From assembly GCA_028685755.1 (NCBI GenBank), contig JAQUDJ010000001.1, positions 113,208 through 177,207 on the forward strand: DNA of 64,000 nucleotides, in the 5' to 3' direction. This DNA is from Eubacteriales bacterium. GTDB lineage: Bacteria > Bacillota > Clostridia > Saccharofermentanales > UBA5734. The notes below the pieces were generated by a model. The model was not told where the DNA came from, did no database searches, and saw only the letters and a list, made by a program, of their open reading frames with translations. Below, in pieces: positions 1 to 8,517 of the stretch. The position numbers and the translations under genes were made by a program. The stretch's first letter is position 1. Every line of letters begins with the position of its first letter.

Positions 1-27
1 ATATTTCCGGATCGTTTCGAAATTTCA

Positions 28-375
28 TTAGAGCGTTTTGACAGCTGATGCGCCACGCTCGCCGGTGCGGATACGAACAGCATCTTTAACTTCTGAAATG
101 AAAATTTTACCGTCGCCCACTTCGCCCGTGCGTGCAGCTGCAACAACCGTTTCGATGACAGCTTCAACTTGAATGTCGAGTACGACCAATTCGATTTTGA
201 TCTTCGGTAGAAAATTGTAATCAACTTCTGAACCGCGAACAAATTCCTTCCAGCCCATCTGGCTGCCACAGCCCATGATCTGACTGATGCTTATCCCGTT
301 TAAGTCAATTTCTTTGAGGGCTTCTTTAACTTCTTCAAGTTTGTCTGGGCGAATATAAATTTCGAGTTTTTTCAT
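28..375 (-). CDS. glnK: P-II nitrogen regulatory protein (GlnK/NrgB-like, 115 aa)
   Basis: Complete ORF. It has P-II hallmarks: a T-loop region (GCGSQMG..RGSE) and a C-terminal GDGKIF..RIRTGE. It lies 20 nt downstream of an Amt gene, the classic amt-glnK pair. RBS is GAAGGAAG. Confidence 0.9.
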   Translation of the reverse strand: MKKLEIYIRPDKLEEVKEALKEIDLNGISISQIMGCGSQMGWKEFVRGSEVDYNFLPKIKIELVVLDIQVEAVIETVVAAARTGEVGDGKIFISEVKDAVRIRTGERGASAVKTL

Positions 376-395
376 TTGCTTCCTTCTTTCTTCAC

Positions 396-1649
396 TTAAT
401 CCATGCCGTTAAAGGACGGGTAGGCTGACTCTTCATGTTCGACGAGATCAAGACCACGTTCTTCATCACGAGCACTGACACGCAGTGGGCCGGTTAAACG
501 AGCGGCTGCTAAAGCAATCAAGGTGCCAATTACGGCAATTGCGATCGTGATGACGATCGAAAGAGCCTGGCGACCAAGCAGGGTAGCATCACCCGTGATC
601 AGGCCATTCCAGCGCACTGCATCCAGGTTAGGATCTGGATTGAAGCCTTTTAGGGCAAATATACCCGTTGCCAAAGCGCCCCAAACACCACCGACGCCAT
701 GGCATCCAAAAGCATCGAGGGAATCGTCGTAGCCAAATTTATTTTTGATAACAGCAATGAAGAAATAGCTGATCGGGCTAGCGAGCAAGCCAATGACTAG
801 TGCAGCCCAAATCGGAACAAAGCCGGCGGCCGGGGTGATCGAAACCAAACCGACAACTAAACCTGTCGAGGCACCAACAAGCGTCGGTTTGCCAACGGTT
901 ATTTTTTCGATAATCAACCACGATAATAGCGCTGCTGCTGCCGAGACTGTCGTTGTCATAAAGGCGTGGACTGCAAGTTCGTTCGCAGCGCCTGCACTGC
1001 CGGCATTAAAGCCAAACCAACCAAACCACAGAAGGCCAGCACCTAAAAAAACAGTCGGTACACTGTGCGGATGATATTTCGCTTTTCCAAAGTTTTTGCG
1101 TTTACCAATGACTAAAGCAGCCACGAGAGCGCTAACCCCAGAGCTGATGTGAACGACATTGCCTCCAGCAAAATCAATCGCACCGAGTTGCATTAAATAG
1201 CCACCGCCCCACACCATGTGAGCCAAGGGGTAATAAACGAGAATCGACCAAACGATGACAAATACGAAGAGCGCTGCAAAACGTGTACGCTCTACGATCG
1301 ATCCGGTGATCAAAGCGGGGGTAATAATGGCAAACATCATTTGGAAAATGGCGAAAGTCATGGTAGTCGGGGCAAACTTTAGCGCATCAACGCCTTCGAT
1401 ACCATTCAAGCCGAACCATGTGAAGTCACCGATAAACTGTCCTGCTCCAGAAAAGGACAGTGAAAAGCCAAATAAAACCCACATCACTGTCGCTAAACCC
1501 ATGATCATTGCAGACGACATAATCGTATTAATCATGTTTTTGCGTTTGACCATCCCGCCGTAAAAAAGCGCTAGTCCAGGGGTCATCAGCAGGACCATCG
1601 CGGATGAAGTGAGCATCCAGGCGATATCACCAGAATTAATTGGGTTCAT
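396..1649 (-). CDS. amt: Ammonium transporter (Amt family, about 417 aa, multi-TM)
   Basis: Amt signatures (AIDFAGG.VVH, FGWFGFNAGS, DDSLDAFGCHG.GG.WG). The start is set at the second ATG (1649) because GGAGGA sits 7 nt upstream of it. The ORF track extends to 1655. Confidence 0.93.
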   Translation of the reverse strand: MNPINSGDIAWMLTSSAMVLLMTPGLALFYGGMVKRKNMINTIMSSAMIMGLATVMWVLFGFSLSFSGAGQFIGDFTWFGLNGIEGVDALKFAPTTMTFAIFQMMFAIITPALITGSIVERTRFAALFVFVIVWSILVYYPLAHMVWGGGYLMQLGAIDFAGGNVVHISSGVSALVAALVIGKRKNFGKAKYHPHSVPTVFLGAGLLWFGWFGFNAGSAGAANELAVHAFMTTTVSAAAALLSWLIIEKITVGKPTLVGASTGLVVGLVSITPAAGFVPIWAALVIGLLASPISYFFIAVIKNKFGYDDSLDAFGCHGVGGVWGALATGIFALKGFNPDPNLDAVRWNGLITGDATLLGRQALSIVITIAIAVIGTLIALAAARLTGPLRVSARDEERGLDLVEHEESAYPSFNGMD

Positions 1650-1686
1650 GGGCATTTCCTCCAGCTAGTTTTGCGAAAATAGCGAC

Positions 1687-1729
1687 AAAAAAAGAGGCCG
1701 TCCAGATGCGTTGCATCTGCGCGACCTCT
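1687..1729 (-). terminator. Rho-independent terminator downstream of rplL, inside the amt leader
   Basis: On the minus strand, AGAGGTCGCGCAGATGC-AAC-GCATCTGGACGGCCTCT forms a 17-position stem with 3 mismatches and is followed by T7. It ends 31 nt before the amt RBS. Confidence 0.7.
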
Positions 1730-1749
1730 TCGTCGAACAATTCACTTGA

Positions 1750-1777
1750 ATTTTAGCAGACTTGTTTCACAAGTCAA
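1750..1777 (-). promoter_or_regulatory. Candidate sigma-A promoter overlapping a 7-bp palindrome
   Basis: On the minus strand, TTGACT (1777-1772), a 16-nt spacer and TAAAAT (1755-1750). The perfect palindrome GACTTGT-GAA-ACAAGTC (1759-1775) overlaps the -35. Confidence 0.4.
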
Positions 1778-1813
1778 GCTGTTTTTGCAAGTTCCGCAAG
1801 CGAAACTTTCAAA

Positions 1814-2194
1814 TTATTTGATTTCGACAACTGCGCCAGCTTCTTTGAGTTTGGTCGCAACTGCATCAGCGTCTTCTTTGCTGACATTTTCTTTAACAGC
1901 TTTAGGTGCGCCATCGACGAGGTCTTTAGCTTCCTTGAGGCCGAGACCAGTCAATTCGCGGACAGCTTTGATGACGTTGATTTTGGCAGCGCCAGCTTCT
2001 TTGAGGATGACGGTGAATTCGGTCTGTTCTTCAACAACAGCAGCCGGAGCAGATCCGCCAGCCGGAGCAGCAACAGCCATTGCAGCAGCGGAAACGCCGA
2101 ATTCGGTTTCGAGACCTTTGACGAGTTCTGCGAGTTCCATAACGGAAAGTGTTTTGACTTCTTCAATAAATTTGGTTACTTTTTCACTAGCCAT
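1814..2194 (-). CDS. rplL: 50S ribosomal protein L7/L12
   Basis: 126 aa with an Ala-rich hinge and a C-terminal domain ([25 protein letters not shown]). Confidence 0.97.
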   Translation of the reverse strand: MASEKVTKFIEEVKTLSVMELAELVKGLETEFGVSAAAMAVAAPAGGSAPAAVVEEQTEFTVILKEAGAAKINVIKAVRELTGLGLKEAKDLVDGAPKAVKENVSKEDADAVATKLKEAGAVVEIK

Positions 2195-2245
2195 GAGATT
2201 GAACCTCCATTTTAATTGATCCCTGTGGGATCATATTTTGATTGA

Positions 2246-2785
2246 TTATTCAGCAACAACTGCGAGTTCAGCGACATTTGTGATGCCAGCTGCTTCACCT
2301 TTTTCGACAATCGCATTCAGTGCGACGGCCAATCCGGTGATTGGTGCGAGCAAGGTGTAAACGATCTGGCCATAGAGCACGTCTTTCGACGGGATCGATG
2401 CGATGACTTTGACATCATCAGCAGAAATCGCTTTGCCTTCAATGACGCCGCCTTTGATTTTCATCACATCATGTTTATCAGCAAAAGTTTTGACGACTTT
2501 CGCCGGAGCGGTCATTTCGTCTTTGCTGTAAGCAATCGCTGTCGGACCTTTGAGCACATCTTCGAGACCGGCAATGCCGATCGCGTCAAGGGCGCGGCCA
2601 GAGAGCGTGTTCTTGATGACCTGATATGTGACGCCAGCTTTACGCATTTCGGCGCGCATTGCAGTGTCCTGGGCAACTGTCAGTCCGCGATATTCAACGA
2701 ATACCATAGCCTGGGCAGTCTTGAAATCAGTCGACAGATCAGCGACAATCTTGGCTTTCTCTTCGAGAACTTTCTTACTGGGCAT
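2246..2785 (-). CDS. rplJ: 50S ribosomal protein L10
   Basis: L10-like sequence starts at MPSKKVLEEKAKIV. GGAGGTA lies 6 nt upstream of the ATG at 2785. The ORF-track extension to 2923 runs through the leader and is not coding. Confidence 0.93.
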   Translation of the reverse strand: MPSKKVLEEKAKIVADLSTDFKTAQAMVFVEYRGLTVAQDTAMRAEMRKAGVTYQVIKNTLSGRALDAIGIAGLEDVLKGPTAIAYSKDEMTAPAKVVKTFADKHDVMKIKGGVIEGKAISADDVKVIASIPSKDVLYGQIVYTLLAPITGLAVALNAIVEKGEAAGITNVAELAVVAE

Positions 2786-3018
2786 GGGAGTACCTCCTTT
2801 TTTTGAAAATAAAAACCCCTCTCGCCTACAAGACGTGAGGGGTTTGCATGACAATTCATCGGGGCCATCATTTGGCACACAATGGGGTCTAGCAAGCACA
2901 AAGCAGGCAAGTCCATCGGGCAAAGACAGGCGGTGAGGTTGTTCAGGCTATCCTCGGCAGGATGAGGTTTTAAGGTGATCAACATTCGTCGATCAGCTCC
3001 TGCTGTCTCGGGCGCACT
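2786..3018 (-). promoter_or_regulatory. Long structured rplJL 5' leader (probable L10(L12)4 autoregulatory leader)
   Basis: About 230 nt lie between the promoter and the rplJ RBS. The leader contains several hairpins and ends in an intrinsic terminator just before the RBS. This architecture is known for Bacillus-type L10 leaders controlled by attenuation. Confidence 0.5.
2805..2845 (-). terminator. Leader (attenuator) terminator upstream of rplJ
   Basis: On the minus strand, AAACCCCTC-15 nt-GAGGGGTTT forms a 9-bp stem followed by TTTTTATTTTC. It lies immediately 5' of the rplJ RBS. Confidence 0.7.
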
Positions 3019-3024
3019 GGTTGA

Positions 3025-3054
3025 TTATAGGGGGCGTCTAGGTGCTTTGTCAAC
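3025..3054 (-). promoter_or_regulatory. rplJL promoter
   Basis: On the minus strand, TTGACA (3054-3049), an 18-nt spacer and TATAAT (3030-3025). Confidence 0.6.
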
Positions 3055-3121
3055 AAATATCCTGTGCTTGCTGTGCCGCGCAAGGATCGCGTTTGCAGCA
3101 AGCTAGGCTCAAGTCAGCGGA

Positions 3122-3814
3122 TTAGCCGAGCTTGGTGGTGTTGACGCGGATGCCAGGGCCCATGGTCGAAGACAATGTCACGCTTTTCAGGTAGTGACCT
3201 TTGGCTGCGGCCGGTTTTGCTTTGATAACGGCGTCCATTAGGGTTTTGAAATTGTCCGCCAGTTTTTCGCCGCCGAAGGAAACTTTCCCGATCGGGCAGT
3301 GAATGATGTTGGTTTTGTCGAGACGATATTCGATCTTACCGGCTTTGATTTCGGCGATTGCTTTGGTCAGATCCATGGTGACGGTACCGGATTTCGGGTT
3401 AGGCATCAGGCCTTTCGGGCCGAGGACTTTACCGAGGCGGCCGACAACACCCATCATGTCCGGGGTTGCAACGACGACATCATAGTCGAACCAGTTTTCG
3501 CTGGTGATCTTGGCAACGAGTTCGTCGCCACCGACAAAGTCGGCGCCAGCAGCAGTTGCTTCATCAGCTTTCGGGCCTTTGGCGAAAACGAGGACGCGTT
3601 TGGTGCGGCCTGTGCCGTGGGGCAGAACGACGGCGCCGCGGACCTGTTGGTCAGCGTGGCGTGAGTCGACACCGAGACGGATGTGTAGTTCGACAGATTC
3701 GTCGAATTTTGCTTTGGCGGTTTGTTGGAGTAACTCAAGTGCTTCAGCCGGTTCGTAGCTCACGGAGCGGTCGACCAGTGAAGCAGCGGCGGTATAACGT
3801 TTACCCTTCTTCAT
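3122..3814 (-). CDS. rplA: 50S ribosomal protein L1
   Basis: 230 aa. L1 family motifs ([34 protein letters not shown]). Confidence 0.97.
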   Translation of the reverse strand: MKKGKRYTAAASLVDRSVSYEPAEALELLQQTAKAKFDESVELHIRLGVDSRHADQQVRGAVVLPHGTGRTKRVLVFAKGPKADEATAAGADFVGGDELVAKITSENWFDYDVVVATPDMMGVVGRLGKVLGPKGLMPNPKSGTVTMDLTKAIAEIKAGKIEYRLDKTNIIHCPIGKVSFGGEKLADNFKTLMDAVIKAKPAAAKGHYLKSVTLSSTMGPGIRVNTTKLG

Positions 3815-3834
3815 AGCTAATTCCTCTCCTTCGC

Positions 3835-4263
3835 TTAACCGTCAATGACCACGATACCCATGCTGCGAGCGGTACCAGCGACCATACGGGCGCAAGATTC
3901 CAAATCAGATGCATTGGTGTCGATGATCTTGAGTTGTGCGATTTTCATGACTTCAGACATGGTGATTTTGGCAACCTTGTCTTTGTTCGGCTTGCCCGAA
4001 CCACTTTCAATGTTGCAGGCTTTCTTAAGCAGCACTGGCACCGGCGGAGTCTTGGTAATGAAAGAGAAGGATCGATCTGCAAAAATCGTGATGACGACTG
4101 GAATGATCAGGCCGACATCTTTAGCAGTTCTTTCATTAAACTCTTTGACGAACCCGGCGATATTGACACCGTGTTGACCGAGAGCTGGTCCAACCGGCGG
4201 CGCTGGCGTAGCTTTACCTGCGGGGATCTGTAACTTGACATACCCGGTAATTTTTTTGGCCAT
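3835..4263 (-). CDS. rplK: 50S ribosomal protein L11
   Basis: Begins [43 protein letters not shown] lies 6 nt upstream of the ATG at 4263. Confidence 0.96.
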   Translation of the reverse strand: MAKKITGYVKLQIPAGKATPAPPVGPALGQHGVNIAGFVKEFNERTAKDVGLIIPVVITIFADRSFSFITKTPPVPVLLKKACNIESGSGKPNKDKVAKITMSEVMKIAQLKIIDTNASDLESCARMVAGTARSMGIVVIDG

Positions 4264-4350
4264 AACGTCCACCTCCCAAAATATTCACCGGGCAAGTCCC
4301 GGTAGCCTTATCATCAGCACCTTGCGGCGTGAAGAAACGAAATTGTGTGA

Positions 4351-4896
4351 TCAGATCCGCAGGATCTGGGTGAGTTCGAGTTCGACTGGGGTTTCGCGGC
4401 CAAACATCGAGACCAACACGCGGACCTTTTTCTTGTCGAGATTGATCTCTTCGACGGTACCGATGAAGCTTTCCAAAGGTCCGTTGATGACTTTGACGGA
4501 ATCGCCAATGCTGTAATCGACCACCGGTTCCCATGTCGATTCGAGACCCATGAGCATGAGCTCTTCTTCGGTCAGCGGGGTCGGCTTGGAGCTTGTCGGT
4601 CCGACGAATCCAGTGACGCCACGTGTATTACGGACGATGTACCAGATCTCATCAGTCAAAATCATCTTGACCAGCACGTAACCTGGGTAGATTTTGCGCT
4701 GGGTGACTTTTTTCTTGCCATCCTTGATTTCGATCTGTTCTTCCATCGGTACGGAAACTTCTTGAATGAAGTCTTGAATGCCGCGGTTTTCAACGATCTG
4801 TTCAAGGGTCGCTTTAACTTTGTTTTCGTAGCCCGAGTAGGTGTGGACAACGTACCACTTAGCCTCGTTGAGCTCGCTGTTCAAAGCATCTGCCAT
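4351..4896 (-). CDS. nusG: Transcription termination/antitermination factor NusG
   Basis: 181 aa. It has an NGN domain ([14 protein letters not shown]) and a KOW domain ([21 protein letters not shown]). Confidence 0.96.
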   Translation of the reverse strand: MADALNSELNEAKWYVVHTYSGYENKVKATLEQIVENRGIQDFIQEVSVPMEEQIEIKDGKKKVTQRKIYPGYVLVKMILTDEIWYIVRNTRGVTGFVGPTSSKPTPLTEEELMLMGLESTWEPVVDYSIGDSVKVINGPLESFIGTVEEINLDKKKVRVLVSMFGRETPVELELTQILRI

Positions 4897-4938
4897 GCAT
4901 GTTGCTCCTTAAAAAGCGCGATTGTCTGGAAAACCAGA

Positions 4939-5313
4939 TCAACCTGCAGCTTGGGTCGTTTCAGCGGCAGCCGGTGCTGCAGTCGTTTCGGCGACCACAG
5001 TCGTTTCTGCAGCTTGAGTTGTTTCGACGGTCGTCTGTGCTGGGGTGTAGAAGCCGATTGCTTCTAGGGTCTTGCCCAGTACGGTGTCGACAGCGAATAA
5101 AATGACGGCAGCGATGACGACGATCGCAAGCACGGTTGCCGTGCTTTGGATCAGACGCTTGCGGTCCGGCCACATGATTCGCTTGATTTCTGCTTTCATA
5201 CTGATGAAGAAAGCGACAAAGCTTTTGCCGAGCTTCTTGAAATAAGCCTTCACTTTTGCGAGGGCTTTTCCAGACTTCTTCTCGGATTGCTTAGCAATTT
5301 TGCTGTCTGACAT
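4939..5313 (-). CDS. secE: Preprotein translocase subunit SecE with Lys-rich N-terminal and Thr/Ala/Glu-rich C-terminal extensions
   Basis: SecE core (EIKRIMWPDRKRLIQSTATVLAIVVI) and a conserved position between rpmG and nusG. The start is set at the ATG at 5313, with AGGATG 8 nt upstream. Confidence 0.88.
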   Translation of the reverse strand: MSDSKIAKQSEKKSGKALAKVKAYFKKLGKSFVAFFISMKAEIKRIMWPDRKRLIQSTATVLAIVVIAAVILFAVDTVLGKTLEAIGFYTPAQTTVETTQAAETTVVAETTAAPAAAETTQAAG

Positions 5314-5345
5314 TTTCAGCACATCCTGACCAGCGTGAAGCCGAA

Positions 5346-5510
5346 TTATTTTGTTTCGCGATGAACCGTGTGTTTACGGCAGAAACGGCAGTACTTTTTC
5401 ATTTCAAGTCTGTCCGGATCATTCTTCTTGTTCTTCATCGTGTTGTAGTTGCGCTGTTTGCAATCTGTGCAAGCCAGTGTGATCTTGTCGCGAACGCCTG
5501 CTTTGGCCAT
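5346..5510 (-). CDS. rpmG: 50S ribosomal protein L33 (54 aa)
   Basis: Not in the ORF track because it is under 60 aa. My translation is [54 protein letters not shown], which has the CxxC..CxxC L33 zinc-ribbon pattern. GGAGG RBS. It sits in the canonical position upstream of secE. Confidence 0.93.
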   Translation of the reverse strand: MAKAGVRDKITLACTDCKQRNYNTMKNKKNDPDRLEMKKYCRFCRKHTVHRETK

Positions 5511-5564
5511 TTTTCGGCACCTCCGCCTTGTCTTTGTTTATTCATCTGAGGAGTTTCTTTCCAT

Positions 5565-5617
5565 AAAAAAAAGATCCCTCTTGTGGACGAGCAAACAGGA
5601 TTCTACCACAGGGAGGG
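5565..5617 (-). terminator. Candidate his-operon terminator interlocked with the rpmG promoter
   Basis: On the minus strand, CCCTC(CC)TGTGG-19 nt-CCACA(A)GAGGG forms two 5-bp helices around a small internal loop and is followed by an 8-T run. The loop is large, so confidence is moderate. Confidence 0.45.
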
Positions 5618-5628
5618 ACCCTTGTCAA
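5600..5628 (-). promoter_or_regulatory. rpmG-secE-nusG promoter
   Basis: On the minus strand, TTGACA (5628-5623), a 17-nt spacer and TAGAAT (5605-5600), preceded by TGg (extended -10). Confidence 0.65.
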
Positions 5629-5644
5629 ACAAAACGGCCGGTCA

Positions 5645-5932
5645 TTAACGCCGCTTTTTGAGTTCGGCATAGATCGAATCGAGTGGGATATCATTTGTGA
5701 CTAACAAGACATTCAAATGATAGAGCAAATCCGCTACTTCGTAGATAATTTCACCAGCATCGTTATTCTTGGCGGCGATGATGACTTCGGCAGCTTCTTC
5801 GCCGATTTTCTTGCAAATTTTGTCGACGCCCTTGGTCAGCAAATAGTTGGTATAGGAGCCTTCCTTTGGGTTTTGACGGCGATCTTCGATCACAGTGTAT
5901 AGTTCATCTAAAATGGTTCCAATTTCACTCAT
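5645..5932 (-). CDS. hisE: Phosphoribosyl-ATP pyrophosphatase
   Basis: MazG-like HisE motifs (SYTNYLL..G.DKI.KK.GEEA.E..IA). GGAGGA lies 7 nt upstream of the ATG at 5932. Confidence 0.9.
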   Translation of the reverse strand: MSEIGTILDELYTVIEDRRQNPKEGSYTNYLLTKGVDKICKKIGEEAAEVIIAAKNNDAGEIIYEVADLLYHLNVLLVTNDIPLDSIYAELKKRR

Positions 5933-5983
5933 GGGTAGTTCCTCCAAAAAATAATAAATTCAGATCGCGCTTGTAATAGCGAA

Positions 5984-7150
5984 TCAGTGAATTTCAAGTT
6001 GGTCAAGATCGCGATAAAAACAGGAATGGTTGCCAGTGTGGCAAGCGGGTCCAATCTGATAGATATCGGCAATCAAGGTATCGGCGTCGCAGTCGATTTT
6101 GAGGCTGCGCACTTGCTGAAAATGGCCGGAGGTTTCGCCTTTGAGCCAGAGCTTTTGGCGACTGCGGCTGAAATAATGCATCAGGCCAGTCGCAAGGGTC
6201 TTTTGAAAGGCTTCTTGGTTCATATAGGCGAGCATCAGGATCTCCTGGCTTTCTTGTTCGCGCACAATGACTGGGATGCGGTCAAATTCGTCAAGTTTGA
6301 GCTTGGGCCAGTATTCGCCTTTAAGCGTGTAACCTTGACCCGCAGCGGCTAATTCTGACGCAATCGAATCGGATTCGAGTTGATCTTCATGCGGCAAGCG
6401 AATCGGTACACCGCGAAGATTTAAATAGCTCTTCAACGTGGGAATCCCGATCTCGCCAAAATGGAATAGGCTCGCTGCCAAAACTGCGTCTGCGCCGCCA
6501 TCGACAATCCCATCGTAGAAGTCAGAGAGCTGGCCGGCACCTCCGGATGCGATGACTGGTATGGCAACGCGGTCCGCGATTGCCCGGGTTATGCCAATAT
6601 CGTAGCCACTCTTCGTGCCGTCTTTGTCCATACTCGTCAAGAGAATTTCTCCAGCGCCAAGCTTTTCGACACGCGACGCCCATTCGATGGCATCAAGTCC
6701 TGTGTAGCGAGTTCCGCCGGCGATCATGACCTCGTAGCGGCCGAGCGGGTTCTTTCGCACATCAATCGCCACGACTATGCATTGACTGCCGAATCGCTCA
6801 GCAGCTTGCGTAATCAACGTCGGGTTCTGGACGGCAGCTGAGTTAAGCGAAACCTTGTCAGCGCCAGCTTGCAAGAGCACCCGAATGTCCTCGAGGGTGC
6901 GAATGCCCCCGCCAACGGTAAACGGGATAAAGATCTGTTTGGCGACCTGGCGCACCATGTCAATCATGATGCCACGTTCTTCGATCGTCGCGGAAATATC
7001 AAGAAAGGTCAGTTCGTCGGCTCCCGATTCATTGTAAATTTTGGCGATTTCGACTGGATCACCAGCATCGCGAATATCGACGAAATTAATGCCTTTGACG
7101 ACGCGACCGGCGCGCACATCGAGGCAAGGGATTATACGTTTGGCCAGCAT
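5984..7150 (-). CDS. hisF: Fusion protein: imidazole glycerol phosphate synthase cyclase subunit (HisF) plus phosphoribosyl-AMP cyclohydrolase (HisI)
   Basis: The N-terminal 250 aa or so are HisF ([28 protein letters not shown]). The C-terminal 100 aa or so are HisI (PVIV.E....[10 protein letters not shown]...T...G...YFSRSR..LW.KGETSG..Q.V......DCD.D). Confidence 0.9.
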   Translation of the reverse strand: MLAKRIIPCLDVRAGRVVKGINFVDIRDAGDPVEIAKIYNESGADELTFLDISATIEERGIMIDMVRQVAKQIFIPFTVGGGIRTLEDIRVLLQAGADKVSLNSAAVQNPTLITQAAERFGSQCIVVAIDVRKNPLGRYEVMIAGGTRYTGLDAIEWASRVEKLGAGEILLTSMDKDGTKSGYDIGITRAIADRVAIPVIASGGAGQLSDFYDGIVDGGADAVLAASLFHFGEIGIPTLKSYLNLRGVPIRLPHEDQLESDSIASELAAAGQGYTLKGEYWPKLKLDEFDRIPVIVREQESQEILMLAYMNQEAFQKTLATGLMHYFSRSRQKLWLKGETSGHFQQVRSLKIDCDADTLIADIYQIGPACHTGNHSCFYRDLDQLEIH

Positions 7151-7845
7151 TGTGCTAAGGTCACCGTCCCTTCATAAATTGCTTTACCGACAATTACCCC
7201 AGCAGCGCCAGTTACGCGCACCGCTTCAATATCGGCATAACGACCGATACCGCCGGAGGCAATTACTGCAAGTGTTGTCTCAAGGACGAGTTCGCGGACG
7301 CGATCGGTCGCGGTACCCACCATCATACCGTCACGGGCGATATCGGTGAAAATGACAACCCGGGCCCCAAGTGATTCCATCGTTTTGGCGAATTCGAGCG
7401 CTGGTAAACCGCTGCCTTGGGTCCAACCATCGACGCTGACTTCGCCATCACGGGCGTCGATGCCTATTGCAACTCGGTCTGGGTAATATTTGAGAATTTC
7501 TTCGGTCAAGGTGCGGTTTTTGACCGCTGCCGTTCCAAGAACAGCCCGCGTGATGCCACCTTCATCGAGCAACTGTTCGAGATGGCGCATCGTCCGAATG
7601 CCCCCACCGGTTTGGATTTTGAGGCCCGTTTGGCAGCTGATCTCTCGAATGATTTCGAGATTGGTCGGGATGCCACTTTTAGCGGCGTCGAGATCCACGA
7701 CATGAATCCATTCGGCGCCGGCTTTTTTAAATTGCATCGCTTGAGCAATGGGGTCTTTGTTGTAAACTGTCACCTGGCTATAATCGCCCTGGCGCAAACG
7801 GACACATTGGCCACCAAGCAGGTCTATCGCTGGATAAATAATCAT
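7132..7845 (-). CDS. hisA: ProFAR isomerase
   Basis: 237 aa. Begins [17 protein letters not shown]. HisA barrel motifs are present. There is a 1-nt start/stop overlap with hisH. Confidence 0.93.
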   Translation of the reverse strand: MIIYPAIDLLGGQCVRLRQGDYSQVTVYNKDPIAQAMQFKKAGAEWIHVVDLDAAKSGIPTNLEIIREISCQTGLKIQTGGGIRTMRHLEQLLDEGGITRAVLGTAAVKNRTLTEEILKYYPDRVAIGIDARDGEVSVDGWTQGSGLPALEFAKTMESLGARVVIFTDIARDGMMVGTATDRVRELVLETTLAVIASGGIGRYADIEAVRVTGAAGVIVGKAIYEGTVTLAQCWPNV

Positions 7846-8444
7846 CAGTCTTCTCCTCCAAAAATCCAGTCAGATAGGAGCTTGAGCCCACTATCTCCGG
7901 ATTTTTCCGGGTGAAACTGGGTGAGCAGGATGTTGTCCTGTTGGACTGCGGCGGCAAACCGTGTGCCGTGCTGGCTCCAGGCGGCGACAATTGAATCGTC
8001 GGCTGGATCACAGTAATAAGAATGGACAAAGTAAAAATGTTGGCCTTCGGGCAGTAACGCTAAGCGCGAGTCGGTCAGCTGATTCCAGCCCATATGTGGG
8101 ATTTTAAGCCCAGGTTGGGGCTGGAAACGGCGCACAATGCCTGGCAAAATACCGAGACCTTTGGCATCGCCTTCTTCGCTGGCTTCAAACATCAATTGCA
8201 TACCAAGACATACACCAAGGAAAGGTCGACCCGTTTTTAAAAAGTCGCCAATCGCCAGGTCGAGACCCTTTTTCTGTAGTTGTTCGGCGGCATAACTCAT
8301 TGCGCCAACCCCGGGCAAAATAACCCGATCGGCTTTAGCAATGGTTGCAGGGTCGCTGGTGATTTCGACACGTTGGCCGAGGTATGTCAGCGCTTTGGCA
8401 ACACTGCCGAGGTTGCCCATTTCGTAGTCTAGGATGGCAATCAT
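7845..8444 (-). CDS. hisH: Imidazole glycerol phosphate synthase glutaminase subunit
   Basis: 199 aa class-I glutamine amidotransferase (GVCLGMQL, FHPEKS). Confidence 0.93.
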   Translation of the reverse strand: MIAILDYEMGNLGSVAKALTYLGQRVEITSDPATIAKADRVILPGVGAMSYAAEQLQKKGLDLAIGDFLKTGRPFLGVCLGMQLMFEASEEGDAKGLGILPGIVRRFQPQPGLKIPHMGWNQLTDSRLALLPEGQHFYFVHSYYCDPADDSIVAAWSQHGTRFAAAVQQDNILLTQFHPEKSGDSGLKLLSDWIFGGED

Positions 8445-8460
8445 GGAATCTCCGTTCTGG

Positions 8461-8517
8461 TCGGATTCGGTCGGAATCGGTCGGATTCGATTGGATTCGC
8501 TTGGATTCGCTTGGATT
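8461..8517. repeat. Six phased 10-bp tandem units in the purC-hisH spacer
   Basis: The units are tcggattcgg / tcggaatcgg / tcggattcga / ttggattcgc / ttggattcgc / ttggatt. The core GGATTCG recurs every 10 bp exactly. Confidence 0.9.

Noticed and set aside
1759-1775. A TnrA/GlnR nitrogen box upstream of amt was considered.
   Set aside because: The palindrome is TGT-N3-ACA-centred (GACTTGTGAAACAAGTC). It does not fit TGTNA-N7-TNACA.
2786-2923. N-terminal ORF extensions in the track were considered. Examples are rplJ to 2923, aroC to 29164, hisB to 10050, aroB to 31344, tyrA to 34870 and the Hcy-methyltransferase gene from 46591.
   Set aside because: The extensions overlap upstream genes or leaders and lack an RBS. 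Internal ATGs with GGAGG-type RBSs give N-termini that match the conserved family starts.
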